A stretch of 63,486 nt of DNA, the filler included, from Perkinsus olseni (lineage: Eukaryota): the NCBI GenBank assembly GCA_013115125.1. It is 21 parts of 21 records of this genome, joined end to end, with 100 filler letters (N's around TTAATTAATTAA, not from the genome) between each part and the next. Parts side by side here need not be neighbours in the genome. Positions count along the whole stretch, not along the records: positions 45,676 to 48,580 come from JABANN010001482.1; positions 48,681 to 51,581 come from JABANN010001484.1; positions 51,682 to 54,566 come from JABANN010001485.1; positions 54,667 to 57,541 come from JABANN010001486.1; positions 57,642 to 60,515 come from JABANN010001487.1; 16 more parts are not named here. One strand, 5' to 3'. Shown piece after piece: positions 47,385 through 59,965 of this stretch; positions within the stretch are counted from its first letter, which is position 1; each line of letters opens with the position of its first letter. The notes under the pieces are model-generated. The model was not told the DNA's origin. It saw only the letters and a program-made list of their open reading frames with translations, and ran no database searches. Made by a program: the position numbers and the translations under genes.

Positions 47385-47887
47385 GGGATGTTCACGTTTC
47401 GTACACCAAATAGTCGTACATTTTCGACTCATGTCTCTAATACTCGTACATTTTCTAATCGTACACGAAATACTCGTACACTGAATAGTCATACATAAAA
47501 TACTCATACACAAGAGATTCGTACATATCAAACTCGTATACATGATGCTCGTATATATAATACCCGTACATATAACACCCGTACACATAATAGTCGTACA
47601 CTTTCAACTCGTATACCGGCATTCCATACACTCTCATGTCGTACACAACCCCAGTTTCAAGTCGTACACCGTCATTCCGTACACTCCGCGAAAATTTTTC
47701 AGGCGCTCTCCCGCCCCTTACTACCAAGCTACTTCCTCCCTGGTAAGGGAGTCCCTGCACATAGGATCGAACTTGCGACCTTCTGATCGAGAGCCCGCTA
47801 CTTTAACCACCATACCACTCACACTAACAAACTTTTTCTCACAGAGTGGCGCGAGCAGTTCGCTCACTATAGACAATATAACGTACC
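47385..47887. mobile_element. 503-bp non-autonomous element with 9-bp TSD, tRNA-like head and 15-bp periodic array
   Basis: CGTAGAATG at 47376-47384 and 47888-47896. Ends GGGATGTT / AACGTACC. Excising it restores the host frame TPSPSHSTATPSS. Confidence 0.85.
47763..47819 (-). promoter_or_regulatory. tRNA-derived Pol III internal promoter-like sequence (A box and B box)
   Basis: AGTGGTATGGTGGTTAAAG ... AAGGTCGCAAGTTCGATCC with tRNA-like spacing, but no complete cloverleaf. Confidence 0.6.
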
Positions 47888-48680
47888 CGTAGAATGAGAT
47901 GGACTGGGAGTGTCCCGAATACGAGACGATGCTGCAAATGTAAGATGACCTCCTTGTGGATGATGATGACCTAACTCTAGTTTAGCAGAGTATTTGGAGA
48001 GGAAGTCGTGACCAAGTATACATGAAGGAAGATTACTCAAGGCGGCAATATAGAAGGAGTGAGTATAATGTTGGGATGGATTATCCTCGAGATGAAGTTG
48101 TAGACCGATTTTGGAATGTACATAGAGAATAGACCGAGCAGTAGAGAACTGTAGAAAAAAAAAGAAAACTGTAGAGGCTTTGATAGCCTTTGAATATATT
48201 TGTCGAGTCCAAGAGTAGAGATGAACTTCTGGTCAATGAACGATGCCGATGAACCAGTATCGACAAGAGCTCGACAAGATACCGGATTTACTGTGAATCT
48301 TCTTGATCCAACGAAGGTACTTGGGAGGACGACGGACCGGTAGATACCGACGTCCCTTCCCCGTTTGGGTAGTTACCAGTGGATATATTAGAGATGTTAC
48401 CATTATCACCATTGCGCTCCCGAGCCAATCTCGCAATAGCCTTGCACTCGGAGGTCCAGTGATTATTAGTTTTATGATAGATAGTATCTATTAGATACAC
48501 CATCTCCTGCTCGACGAGCCCTTGCCACCTTGCCCCTTGCCGTTTTTCCCATTACGGCCGTTGAAACCATATTGTCGTCGNNNNNNNNNNNNNNNNNNNN
48601 NNNNNNNNNNNNNNNNNNNNNNNNTTAATTAATTAANNNNNNNNNNNNNNNNNNNNNNNNNNNNNNNNNNNNNNNNNNNN

Positions 48681-48750
<70 letters not shown>
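48681..48750. repeat. (TAG)n microsatellite; another at about 51510-51581
   Basis: Direct reading; both ends of this contig terminate in the repeat. Confidence 0.95.
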
Positions 48751-48752
<2 letters not shown>

Positions 48753-48792
48753 CAGAGTGGTGGTAAGTCGTTGATGTTAGTGTTTTACATGA

Positions 48793-51456
48793 CTAATAAT
48801 GGGGATATTGACGAGAGGGGCCCCCATTCTGATAATAGCGATTATTATTGTAAGGCGACTGGTATTGTTGTTGTTGTTGGATAGTAGTGGTAGGAGTAGT
48901 TGCCACTGGTGTTCCTGTAGTTTGACGTTGACGATAATTACGATTGTTGATGTTATTCTTGTTATTATTAGATGATGTAGTAGCAGTAGTTGTATCGTCC
49001 ATAGTCCATACAGTAAACCAATCAACATCAGGATGAGGTGGGCATGGTGGTATATCCCTAATCTCATCTTCACGTACACTCAGTTTAATGCCAACCCTAG
49101 TATGTGAATATACCAATACATTCTGGCATAATGCCCCGATACGGAACAATAGAGAATTTAGTCGGTACCTGACACGATGGCAGGGATGATGCCGAGGCAT
49201 TACTATTGTCCTAATCATCATCATCATTATTACCAGGGGAATATGAGCATGACACATAAAGGTAGTCGTAGATCTCTTCTTTGTCTTAACACTATATAGT
49301 TGAGAGCGAGTACCATGAGGTACCTACAATGGACGAATGAGTAATAGTGTGATGGTGATGATGATGGTGATGATGATGATGGTGATGATGATGGTGATGA
49401 TGGTGATATTGTTATTATTACACTAACAATGTTAATATAGCCAACATGATGATGAATGCTACATAGTCACGACAAAGCAGACCAAATAGTAAGAATATCC
49501 TCAACCAATCCAGACAGATAGTTAGCAACTCTTGTATGAAGTATGGTTTAAGGACCCAACTAGGTAGATGACACCAACCAGCGGGATTGATGATCTCTAT
49601 CAGATACATAAACGTCTTCCTGTGTGATGTAACATCCCATGACTTAACACGCTGTCTGAATAATTTAGTCCTGAGAAGCAACGGTATGCCGGTAGCATGC
49701 TGCTGTTGTTGTTATTACCATGTATCGGGTGCATAGGTTGGTATGAGGGATTGGGCCGACGATATTATCCTGGAATTATCTCTCTTCCTCAGAAGATTGA
49801 TACCCATCTGTAGATCTTCACCATGGAAGACGGTATCATGATCATACAAAACCTAGTAACGACGAATGAGGATGGTAATCATTGGTATTAATAAGGGTGT
49901 AAACGTAGCCGGCTGGTTGTACCATCACTACCTCGTCGAGTGTTTCCCTGTCCCATAATGCAACAGCACCATGGCAACTCGTTGCAGTTGCTAGGGTTGC
50001 CTGAGTAACAACAACAATAACAAGAACAGCAACAACAAGCAACGACAAGAACAGTCTTGACAATTACTTGAAACTGCTTATGTACCGCAGCTAGCCTATA
50101 TTCGCAGTCTTGGCATCCCACCAAGACATTAGATACCGCGCTACCACCATTAGCTGCTGCTGCTGGTGGTGGTGGTGGTGTTGTTGCACCAATAGGGAAG
50201 TGCACAGCTTTTATCTCAGGACATTGATCGAGTAGTTGATGTGGTATGTGTAGGTCCGATGGTAGTATAACATCATCATCAATAATGACAGCATACTTAA
50301 ATGACGGTATTCTATCGTTCTGTTGAAGGAATGGTATCCAATATTTATTACACCAATAGAAGGCAAAGGTCTTGTTACCCTCCGGTATATAAAGATAATT
50401 AATATCAGGATGTACCTGATGATGCACGTAGCATGAGCGCTGCTGCTGCTGCTGTCCTGGATATTTCCACGTTATTATTACTTGTTCACAGGCCCATATA
50501 TTCTCATCAGGTGGTTGTAATGATGAACCATTATCACATACAAAGATGTGGGATGGTGGGAAGAGTGATAATGCTGCCCTTAACATATTCAAATGGTTCT
50601 CCAACCTACAACCATCACTTATTGTGACTGGAAGTTGTTGGTATTACCTCTCCAGTGTCATAGTAGAATTATGGCATGCAATCATGAGACATACATCCCT
50701 TGTCATACCTTGGCTTAGGACCTGATCATCATCATCACCTTGCATATCATCAGGATGGTAATCATTCCCACTATCCGTGCTCTTGCTAGCTTATTACAAA
50801 ATCAACTGTTGCAGTATCTTCACTGGATGGTAATGTTGATGTAACTCCAGCATCAATACTGCTGGATATCAAACTACTCAGATCACCATCACTATCTTCT
50901 TCATCATCATCGTACGAGTAATCATCCTTGGAGACATCATCACCATAGCTGGCATGCTGTTGTTGATGATGATGTTGTTGCTCTAGCACCCGTGCAGCAT
51001 AAGGTGTACTGTCATCACTCCTTTTATTCAATTGTTGTAAACGTCGTTTGGTGAGTGAAGGATACCTCGGACGTACCCTGCTGTCATATCTTCTACCACG
51101 ATAATTACCATCCTAACAACATGACAGCAGCCAATACACCACACATGTTACTGCTATATTACCACATCCTCATCATCATCACCATCGTAGTAGGAGTGTT
51201 GATAATAAGATCGTCGTTTGCCATTATAACTGTGAGCCTCTAAAGGGTTCACATCATCATAATACGAATCATCATCATCATTACGATGATGATGATATGG
51301 TCGCTCCTCAACATCATCGTCATAAGACCTTATTGAACGCCCCTCTGTTAAACTTCCATCCTCCTCTTCGTCGTAATAACCAATACCATCATCATTGCGG
51401 CCCTCTTTACTATCCTTATCACCACGTAGTTCAGCTTGTAGTCTATTAGCAAACAC
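48793..51456 (-). CDS. Multi-exon membrane GT2-family processive glycosyltransferase (HAS/chitin/cellulose synthase superfamily); boundaries approximate
   Basis: IFVCDNG, EGNK, IIDDD (DxD), EYRLA, HGAVALWDR, DTVFHGEDL (ED base) and LFRQRVKSWD (QxxRW equivalent), followed by hydrophobic segments. Confidence 0.8.
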
Positions 51457-51508
51457 CTGTACAACAATAGTACAACAGCAGCAGCAGCAGCAGCAGTGGA
51501 TTGTTGTT

Positions 51509-51581
<73 letters not shown>

Positions 51582-51681
51582 NNNNNNNNNNNNNNNNNNN
51601 NNNNNNNNNNNNNNNNNNNNNNNNNTTAATTAATTAANNNNNNNNNNNNNNNNNNNNNNNNNNNNNNNNNNNNNNNNNNNN

Positions 51682-51754
51682 GAGGCTAGATATCTTAGCG
51701 TAGCACAAGGGGGAGCGACTCCATAGGGACAGCAACGACACAACGATCTTCACA
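51682..51754 (-). repeat. Start of the 3' LTR, preceded by a polypurine tract at 51755-51763
   Basis: Minus strand AGGGGGGGA|TGTGAAGATCG, just downstream of the integrase C-terminus. Confidence 0.8.
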
Positions 51755-54566
51755 TCCCCCCCTGATTGATCATCAGATCAATCACAACATAACTACGAAA
51801 AAGCAACCACATCATCTGCTCCATAATAGGGACGCAGATTCGCACGATGCTCCGACTTCTCTACTAGAAACTTATCAGAGATAGTCACCGTAGCTCGGTC
51901 TGATAAAACTGCCTTAACGACAAAAGGGCCAACCCAGCCAGTGGCCATACGAACCAGAACCTTCTACCACCTTTCCACCATCTTGCCCGCATACACAGTG
52001 GTTGTTGGTCTGCACCTTCTAGGAACCATAACCACCCGTACCCCACAGTCGACGCATCACACTGAGCCACGATAGTGGTACCACATCTCACCGGAAGGTT
52101 ATGGGAATGAGACACAATCCCATCTTCCACCATCGCAAAAGCAGTCGTCAATACCTTCTTCTCCTCAGCCGACAACAGATGCGGCTTATCCCACGCCAAA
52201 GTCCATCGACCAGCTATCATTCTGCACGTATCTGCAGCGAGACTCCATTCTGGATGACGGCGTAAGCCGTCATGCCATTTTCCCACTACACTGAATAGCT
52301 GTCGCTTGCTGAACTTCTCCTTCACGACCGGCTTCTCGAAAGTAGCACAGCTGACGGTGAGGTGCTGCTCGGCCACATCCCAAAAAACACCCAAATGCCG
52401 CGATCGCAAGGACGGACCATGAGAGCATAATATCACAGTTTTAGAAGCTGGAATCGGCAAACCATGGAGCGCAGCCAGCTCCCTTATCACGAGCACAGCA
52501 CGTCTCACTTTCGATGATGTCCCTATCAAAGTCAGATCATCAAGATAAGCCCAAGAGTATACGCCATCCAAGACGCCTGCCTGTTTGGCTAAGGCTAATA
52601 TTCTCAGGACGAACGCTTCTAACCCACTTGGCCCAGCCGCTAGGCCAAATATTAATCGACTAGTGCTGTACCATTTATGACACGTTCTCAACCAAAGGCG
52701 GGTCAGGCAACCGGAGGAACTACACAGACGAAGCCGATAAAATGCACGGCTTATATCGAGACAAGCCATGCATACACCATCATCATGATCAGTCTCGTTA
52801 TTCATCTCGCTAACAGCGTTCACTGCAAGAGCAATCTCACTCAAGATAGCACCAACATTCTCACCAGCAAAGCTGGCCTTCTCCATCCGACTATTCAAGC
52901 GGCGACAATCCGCTACCGGCCTCATTACCGTACTTTTCAGACTACTCTGCGGTAGACCAAAGATGATAATATGATCATCATTGTTGTAGTAGTTACCCTT
53001 CTCTACACTCCCAGCCAATTTNNNNNNNNNNNNNNNNNNNNNNNNNNNNNNNNNNNNNNNNNNNNNNNNNNNNNNNNNNNNNNNNNNNNNNNNNNNNNNN
53101 NNNNNNNNNNNNNNNNNATTTTCCCTCTTCCACCAAGAGTTGGCAATGTAGGAGTCGATCTCTTTAAAATATAGACGTTTCTGCTCTGTTGACAGCTTAG
53201 ATAACAGAGCCGAACTGTAGTCTACCACTTTCTTCGTCTCCTCAGTAGCACATAAATTCGGGAGCCTCACTTCACAAACATACCGCTGCCCTGGACAGTC
53301 AATCACATCATCGGCACGGACCTCGCGTACACGGTAAAAGTAATTTGGCGCTGCTGGCACCCTGCGCCAATCGAACACATAGGAGTCACATTTAGGCTCA
53401 TCATTCTCACCGTTGGGAGTGTACGACTCAACTTCACTGGGAGCTTCTTCACTGGCCAGCTCCTCTATATCACTAGAGACTGCATACGAGTCCCCACAAC
53501 AACGTACCGCCAGGATATCCGGCACCACGGACTCAGTCGTGACAGTAGTATCAGAGCTCTGGTCGCACAAGAGCTTACTCTTCTGGCCCTCACTCACGAA
53601 GCTTGTTGATATACGGACCCCTTGCTCACACTCGCTGATGGTAACGGAAGTCCCCAACCTCGCCAGAAGCTTGACACCCCAGATCACCGAAGGGCATAGG
53701 CCTTGCACAACATAAAAAGGATGAACCAAGGTGACACCATTACTGAATCTCAGTGCCAACTTCACCATCCCAGCAACTGCCCTCATACTACCATCGGCCA
53801 ACTGAATAGAAGAACTCGTCTTCTCCAAAGAAATGACCGATGCGCTCGACGACTGCAAGGCACAATATCTCTCATACGACAATAAGGCATCAGCTGCACC
53901 TGTATCAACCAGCCCTCGTAGTGGAACACCCTCCCACCACGCAGTAAGTAAAGCACCACCAACATCTTCTTCTTGACCACTCTGACTGTTCTGAAACGTA
54001 ACGGTTCTCGAAGGGATAATAACCGTTTCGACCACACCACCCTCATGGGCCACCATGCCACGAGAGCCATCATTAATAACAGCAGCCTTGGTAGTCACAG
54101 CCTCTGTCTTACTGGCAGCTTGCTCAGACACTTGCGAGCTCACTCCTTCTCTATTCGGGCACGCGCTGGCCAAGTGTCCAGTTTGGCTACAGTTCCAGCA
54201 CTTACGCGGCCCCTTATCGGCCGTACACTGGCGTGCCAGATGCCCAGTCTTTCCGCAGTTATAGCAACGGCGAACCCGGGGATAAGCACTACCTAGTGTC
54301 GCTGTTGCTACCGTCCCTGTACCACTCCTATCTTCTCCAGTCAAGTCGATCACGGCAGCGCCTTGCTGAGACCTTCCGACATCACTTTGGCATTGTTTAG
54401 AACGTCGATCCAGCATAGCCACCGTACGCACCCAATCGTTCCATGTATTCGCCACGACCGCAGCTGTCTGACTGGCCAAAGCAGTAGAACGTAAGCCTCT
54501 ACGACTGATCATAATGAAGAAGCTATCATCATAGGGCATATGCGAATTGCGACACTGGTCCCTATA
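51682..54566 (-). mobile_element. LTR retrotransposon with an internal deletion of RNase H C-terminus and integrase core
   Basis: Two CCHC knuckles, LVDTGA, RT (LDISRAF, LIFG, YLDD) and RNase H CDAS, then an abrupt jump to WVGPFVV..EHRANLRPY in another frame, PPT and LTR. Confidence 0.9.
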
Positions 54567-55982
54567 NNNNNNNNNNNNNNNNNNNNNNNNNNNNNNNNNN
54601 NNNNNNNNNNTTAATTAATTAANNNNNNNNNNNNNNNNNNNNNNNNNNNNNNNNNNNNNNNNNNNNGGCTGCATCTCGGCTCTGCGTCACTCCGTCGCAG
54701 ACGAGAGGAAGGATCCGAGACATGGACGCGGCAAACAGGCACTTCAAGAATAGCTTACGACTCGAATACGATGCAACTGTGAGCTCGAAATATTCCAATA
54801 ACTCAAGGTCCGGTGCGACTGTGCCCGGCGTGTCTCTCCAATGCAATGCTGAGTCACTCAACTTGAGTGAGCACGATTCCTCTTTTGTTGACTCTTGGAA
54901 GTGGGAGGGCCCCACTCTCGGTTCACAAACTCAGAAACCCTACAGATACACGCTGGGTTGCGTGCAGCGGTAAAAGGTCAGGAGAATTCTGCCAGGGAGG
55001 CTGCAGCGCACACGCTACAGAAAGGCCCTAGAAATTGGACCTGGGGCCTGGATTCGAGACCAAGGCCGGAGTACTCTATGAGAGAACGCCTCGCCCGGCA
55101 GAGGGGGATGAGAACTCGGCGTTACCTATCGTCACTGGCGGAGCCGGTCCCGCCTGACTGCTTCCTCACTCATAAGCCATCAGACTCTGTCGCTCGCCCG
55201 GGACGGCCGCACAGGGAGGGGGAACCAGTCCCACTTTATCTGCAGATAAGCTTCCGACTAGCGCAAAACGAGAATCAGAATGAGCCCTAGAATCTAGGGC
55301 CTACATGAGATCGTGCCCTCTCGGATGTTAGAGATACGTTCAACCTGAGCTGTTCAGGTTGAATGGTTCCACAAACCGAGTCACTACTAACCTGGACTAT
55401 CACATCTGCAATCGCGCGAGTCGAGAGTCGATTCCCAAGGAACGAACGCGCGGCGTTGGACCGAATACACAGCGGAGTGGGCATCAAGGAGGCCCTCACA
55501 TATGGGCTACATTACGGATTACTTAACGGAACTTAGCTAACACAACCAGTGCACTATCCTATCCAGTTTGCTAAGGCGGACAAACTTCTGAAGCCAACAG
55601 CCATCATGATGGAATGGCTCGATGATCATGTATGACACAGCATTCCATACACAGCTTGGGTAAAGCTGCTCCACCGCGGTTGAGAGTGGGAAAAATTACG
55701 TCGCTACGCATTCACGATGTAGCGAAGGATGTATAATTCACCCTGATAGCGTTGTTAATACTCTAATGCGCCTCATTACATCCTCCACTCCCTCGAAATC
55801 CTCACATCAGCAAGCCCCCACGAAGCAGGGCCTCGAGGATCAATCGGACGATGAACGGCGAGAGGTCTCAGTTCGCCTACTTGGTACGTTCAACTTGTAA
55901 CTCGGAAGAACATACTATCGAGCGAGAACATCATGGACATCACGACAGAATAGAGTGGAGGCCGGAATCTTGGACTCTTCTT

Positions 55983-56640
55983 TCAGATTGCCATACGAGC
56001 GGACAGATAGTAGTACTCGTTCGGGTAGCCGAGCGAGCTCTGATCGAACGAATCGTGCGACTTAGATTGGGCGATTCCCATCCTCTTGAATGCCTTTTTC
56101 ATTTTTTCCACTTTATCTCTATGAAATTTGAGTATCCATCCGGTGCTGCCCTTTTTGTATCCGGAAGGAGGATTCTGCATGAGGGTCTCCACGACGGCAA
56201 GACAATCCTCGATGTACATGAGGTCAGTTGGACTCTCGGGAGTGCTGTCTTCCAAGACCTCTAGTGCGTCAGGCGTAAGATGCCCCAATGGTAAGACACC
56301 TGCCTTCTCCAGCTTCTCCCAGCTCTCACTGCCATACCCCTTGAACTTCTCATTTCCGACAATGATTTCGAATCCTGATGGTCTTTTGTCACTGAAAGAA
56401 AGTAGTCGACATTCTCGTTCTCATGTGCTCCAAGCCTACAATATGTAATACTGATCCTCTTTCAAATCATAGAGCGTGGTTCCCACCACTCCCTTTCCGG
56501 GACGTAAAGTGATCCAAAAGTGCATTGGATCGAGAGGACTGGTCTGATAGATCGAACACCCTGAGGTGTCAGCTCCGATATGGACCTAACAGAGAAGTTC
56601 CACTAGACGCACTGAATGGCTGATTTTTGCACTGGTACGA
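55983..56640 (-). CDS. Hypothetical multi-exon protein, 3' part
   Basis: Open exon ..GYGSESWEKLEKAGVLPLGHLTPDALEVLED..YYYLSARMAI preceded by acceptor CTTTCAG. No family recognised. Confidence 0.4.
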
Positions 56641-57660
56641 CAACCAATGGGGCTGATTAGTATGCGCCTTGAACGGAATGATGATAATAGGATGGACATA
56701 GAGCGCTTACCCCCTGCGCTTGGAGAGCTGCGAGGCGTTCATGCTCATCAGTGGTGGGCACCATGGTCCCCTTCTTCTTCGACCTCTTGCTCCATAGTTG
56801 CCCAGCCGAGATGGCAGCGACAGTTGTCACCAGAACTACGAGACTGGTACTAGAGAAAGTCGTGATGAGAAATAAAAGCTCCTGCTAGCCACGCGCACAT
56901 TCTGTGGACGACAAGGACCAGACTCCACATCAATCACCATACTCGTGCTGATGCTTCACAGTATGGCCCGGCCCGAAGGCAACAGCGCGGTTAGCACTGA
57001 CAGATGCAGCACTGACCGGGGTGCTGGAGGGCATCCAGCCAGCGCCTCAAAAACGGACGGCAGGCAGGCAGGCGTACACTTGCCAGATACTGTTTATACT
57101 CAGTCTTCTACGAACTCACCGGTCTAGACGAATTGGAGATCGAGAACAACGAATTTTCCTACCGAGTACAACTGCTTATCATATCGTAAGAGCTCAATGC
57201 TTTCGAGCTCATTATTTCACTTTGCACTATTCCTGGAAAGTTCTTGCCACCATCTTCTTGTGCGCAACTTTGCGCGTGCGTACGTGTGCACGCGTGCTTG
57301 GAATTGTCAAATGCGGGCCAGGTTTTTGGCAGGGGAGTGGCTAAATTATCGACGGAAACTCACCGTATGAAAAGTTAGCGAGAGAACCCAAGCTCTACGC
57401 ACTCGGGCGATTCATTTAGTCTCGCAGGAGAAGTACCGAAAGTAACTAAATGCATGAAAAGTGACATCCTGCGCGTAGCCGCGGGATAACGAGAAGGAAG
57501 GCCAAGACGACTGAAGTGCCCAAGATGATGACGTATCTTCGNNNNNNNNNNNNNNNNNNNNNNNNNNNNNNNNNNNNNNNNNNNNTTAATTAATTAANNN
57601 NNNNNNNNNNNNNNNNNNNNNNNNNNNNNNNNNNNNNNNNNATACTTACACACTATAAAA

Positions 57661-59193
57661 ATGGTTGATAACGCTACGGCAGTTACTATCACCCCCTCGG
57701 CGCTCAAGTCCCTCGACGAAACAAAAGGTTTCTCTACGCCGCCCGGAGCTGCTCATCCTACCACTCCACCGAAGACCTATCGAGAGCCAAAGAGCTTCGT
57801 GTCACCTACGGTTGCTTCGACGATTAATAGTTCGTCCCCGAGACATGTCAGCTTCGATAACTATGTTGGTGATCATGCTGTGCATCATGACACCGTTGAC
57901 GGTGTTATGGACCATGAAGAGCTTTCAGACGTTTTGAATCGTCTATTGCCCTCCTTGGACTGCTTGAACGATACTGATACGTCTTTTGGTGGCAAGGCTG
58001 AGTCGGACAGCGATGGTGTTGTTGGTGGAGGTTCGGGCCTCCATCATCCGAGCATGGATCTCTCCGCGCTCAGTGACAGCGTCTTTGAGGAGTATCATGA
58101 TGATCGTGGTCGGCATTTCTCGGCTGATGGAGACTTGTCTTACTACAACGACGATATGAATGCTGGCGAGCATCATTACTCTGGTGCTGGTGACTCGACT
58201 GCTGGTGACTCTGACGATGTTGGTGAGATGGTGGAGAAGGTCCTTGCTGCATTCGTGGACACTCAGAAGGAGTTGGAAGAAGAACGTGAAAGGAGAAGAC
58301 AGCTAGAGCTTGAGAATGAAGTGATGCGCTTGAGGATACGGACGCTGAGTAGTGTCGGCTCTAACACAGGTGGTAGCAGTCGACATGGCAGCATGAGCTA
58401 CGCCGCCGCCTTGAATAACGGTGTGAGCTCGCCAAACTACGGTGGCCTGTCTCCTAGGGCAAGAGCAATGACATCGGCTGTTGACACCTTCATGCCTGCT
58501 GACTCTGGTATGTCCGAGATTGCTCCACCGCCACCTGGCCTGTTGGAGCATCAGGTCTCTGCGCCGTCTCGTCCCTATGGTTTATCGCGTTACGGCCCTC
58601 AACACCCGAGGGGATATGGTGGCAGTTGGGATGCATCTCTGCAGCAGCAAAGAAGGTCAAGTTCGGTGTCGTCAAGTTATCGTCAACCCGTGTCGCCAAC
58701 AACTCCTCCTAAGATGAATCTTCTTGAGGCATTGCAGGTGAAGACCGAGGCTGACGAGAAGATAGTATTTACTGTACGAAAAGTACATAAATTAGGGTTC
58801 AAGGCGAGGCATATTTTGAGAGAGTACTTCTCTAAATATGGTCATGTACGTGATGTTGTATTACTGCCGATGCGTGCTAAGCCTCGTCCGGGCCCTGGCG
58901 GTATCATCCGTGGTCCTCGACCAAGCTCTATGGGCTTTGTGGTCATGTCCACTCCTGAGGAAGTCCGTCGCGTCTTAGATGTTGATGGAGTACATATTGT
59001 TAGAGGATGGCCTATCGAGGTCAGGCCGTTTGTGAGACCTGCTGATCCTCCTGCTACTACTAAAGCGCAGCAGCAACAAGGTTATCACGTTGATGATGAG
59101 ATTGGTAACCATTGCTCGTCATCATCGCTATCGTCGTCCAATCACTCTCATAGTAGCTCTCCGAGTGATGTTGTCCGTTCGGACACCGAGTAG
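57661..59193 (+). CDS. RNA-binding protein: disordered N-terminus, coiled coil, C-terminal RRM
   Basis: VFTVRKVHKLGF..LREYFSKYGHVRDVVL..SMGFVVM..IEVRPF; coiled coil QKELEEERERRRQLELENEVMR. Confidence 0.85.
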   Translation: MVDNATAVTITPSALKSLDETKGFSTPPGAAHPTTPPKTYREPKSFVSPTVASTINSSSPRHVSFDNYVGDHAVHHDTVDGVMDHEELSDVLNRLLPSLDCLNDTDTSFGGKAESDSDGVVGGGSGLHHPSMDLSALSDSVFEEYHDDRGRHFSADGDLSYYNDDMNAGEHHYSGAGDSTAGDSDDVGEMVEKVLAAFVDTQKELEEERERRRQLELENEVMRLRIRTLSSVGSNTGGSSRHGSMSYAAALNNGVSSPNYGGLSPRARAMTSAVDTFMPADSGMSEIAPPPPGLLEHQVSAPSRPYGLSRYGPQHPRGYGGSWDASLQQQRRSSSVSSSYRQPVSPTTPPKMNLLEALQVKTEADEKIVFTVRKVHKLGFKARHILREYFSKYGHVRDVVLLPMRAKPRPGPGGIIRGPRPSSMGFVVMSTPEEVRRVLDVDGVHIVRGWPIEVRPFVRPADPPATTKAQQQQGYHVDDEIGNHCSSSSLSSSNHSHSSSPSDVVRSDTE

Positions 59194-59965
59194 TCTGCGG
59201 ACTCTAGTTCATTGAACTGCCGTGTTATTGTCTGAAGATGCCAATAAGAGCATTCAGCGGGGTGAGTTAATAAGGCTAGTTAGTCCTTCCTTTTTATCAT
59301 TTACTATTGTCAACTCTCTTCTGTTTCAAGTCGTAATAAGTCTCGTCACGAACCTCTCTCGTTCTGGTACCGCTAGTTGCGGTATATCCCGGAGAGGTAT
59401 CATTTTTATGTTCGTCCTTTCCAGTGTCCCGGAGACGATCGTATTCTGTTAGCTGCTATCTGGGCAACAGGAATGCCACTGTCGTCTTCGTTGAGGAAGC
59501 TGGTTGTGAATTGAACCTATTCGGTTGAGGCTACCGCCTAACCAACAATTGATAGTTGTTATAATTGGTTATAAATATCCTCACCATCATCATAATCAGC
59601 ACGTATGTGCGTGCGCTAAATGTGTTGTATCGGTCTGTAGTGATTAGTGCCGCGTGATTATGGCAAGGTGCTGCAGTTGTATCGTTCTCACGCCTTGTTG
59701 GTAGTGACGGCAACAAGTTGTTGACTTGCCATTTACTTTGGGGTGGCACTTTCGATGCTCCCATTGGTGTTGCTCTTCCTGCTACCTTCATTGTCTTATC
59801 ACTTGGTTTGTACGTATTTCTGATGGAACTGAAGCTATCGACGCCTCTTTCCAGAGAACAACCCTCTGTTGTGTTCTAGAGTCGACCTTGGATACCATTC
59901 CGGGGGAGCTAACCAAGTGTCGTGAATCATGTCGGGAGCGCCCTCGCCACCGGCGGTGATGTCAG

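Larger units (their letters stand above)
45676..48580 (-). mobile_element. Decayed LTR retrotransposon gag-pol (same lineage as 51682-54566) carrying a nested insertion
   Basis: Knuckle remnant HKTNNHWTSEC, protease ALVDTGSSASFI and ILGHDFL, RT (LDLSKCY, MLFG, YYDD) and RNase H (FSDAS, HIHRKE, YVDS). In-frame TAG at 46303-46305 and several frameshifts. Confidence 0.88.

Noticed and set aside
47399-47685. CRISPR array
   Set aside because: The 6-7 nt core and 8-9 nt spacers are far too short, there are no cas genes, and the context is eukaryotic.
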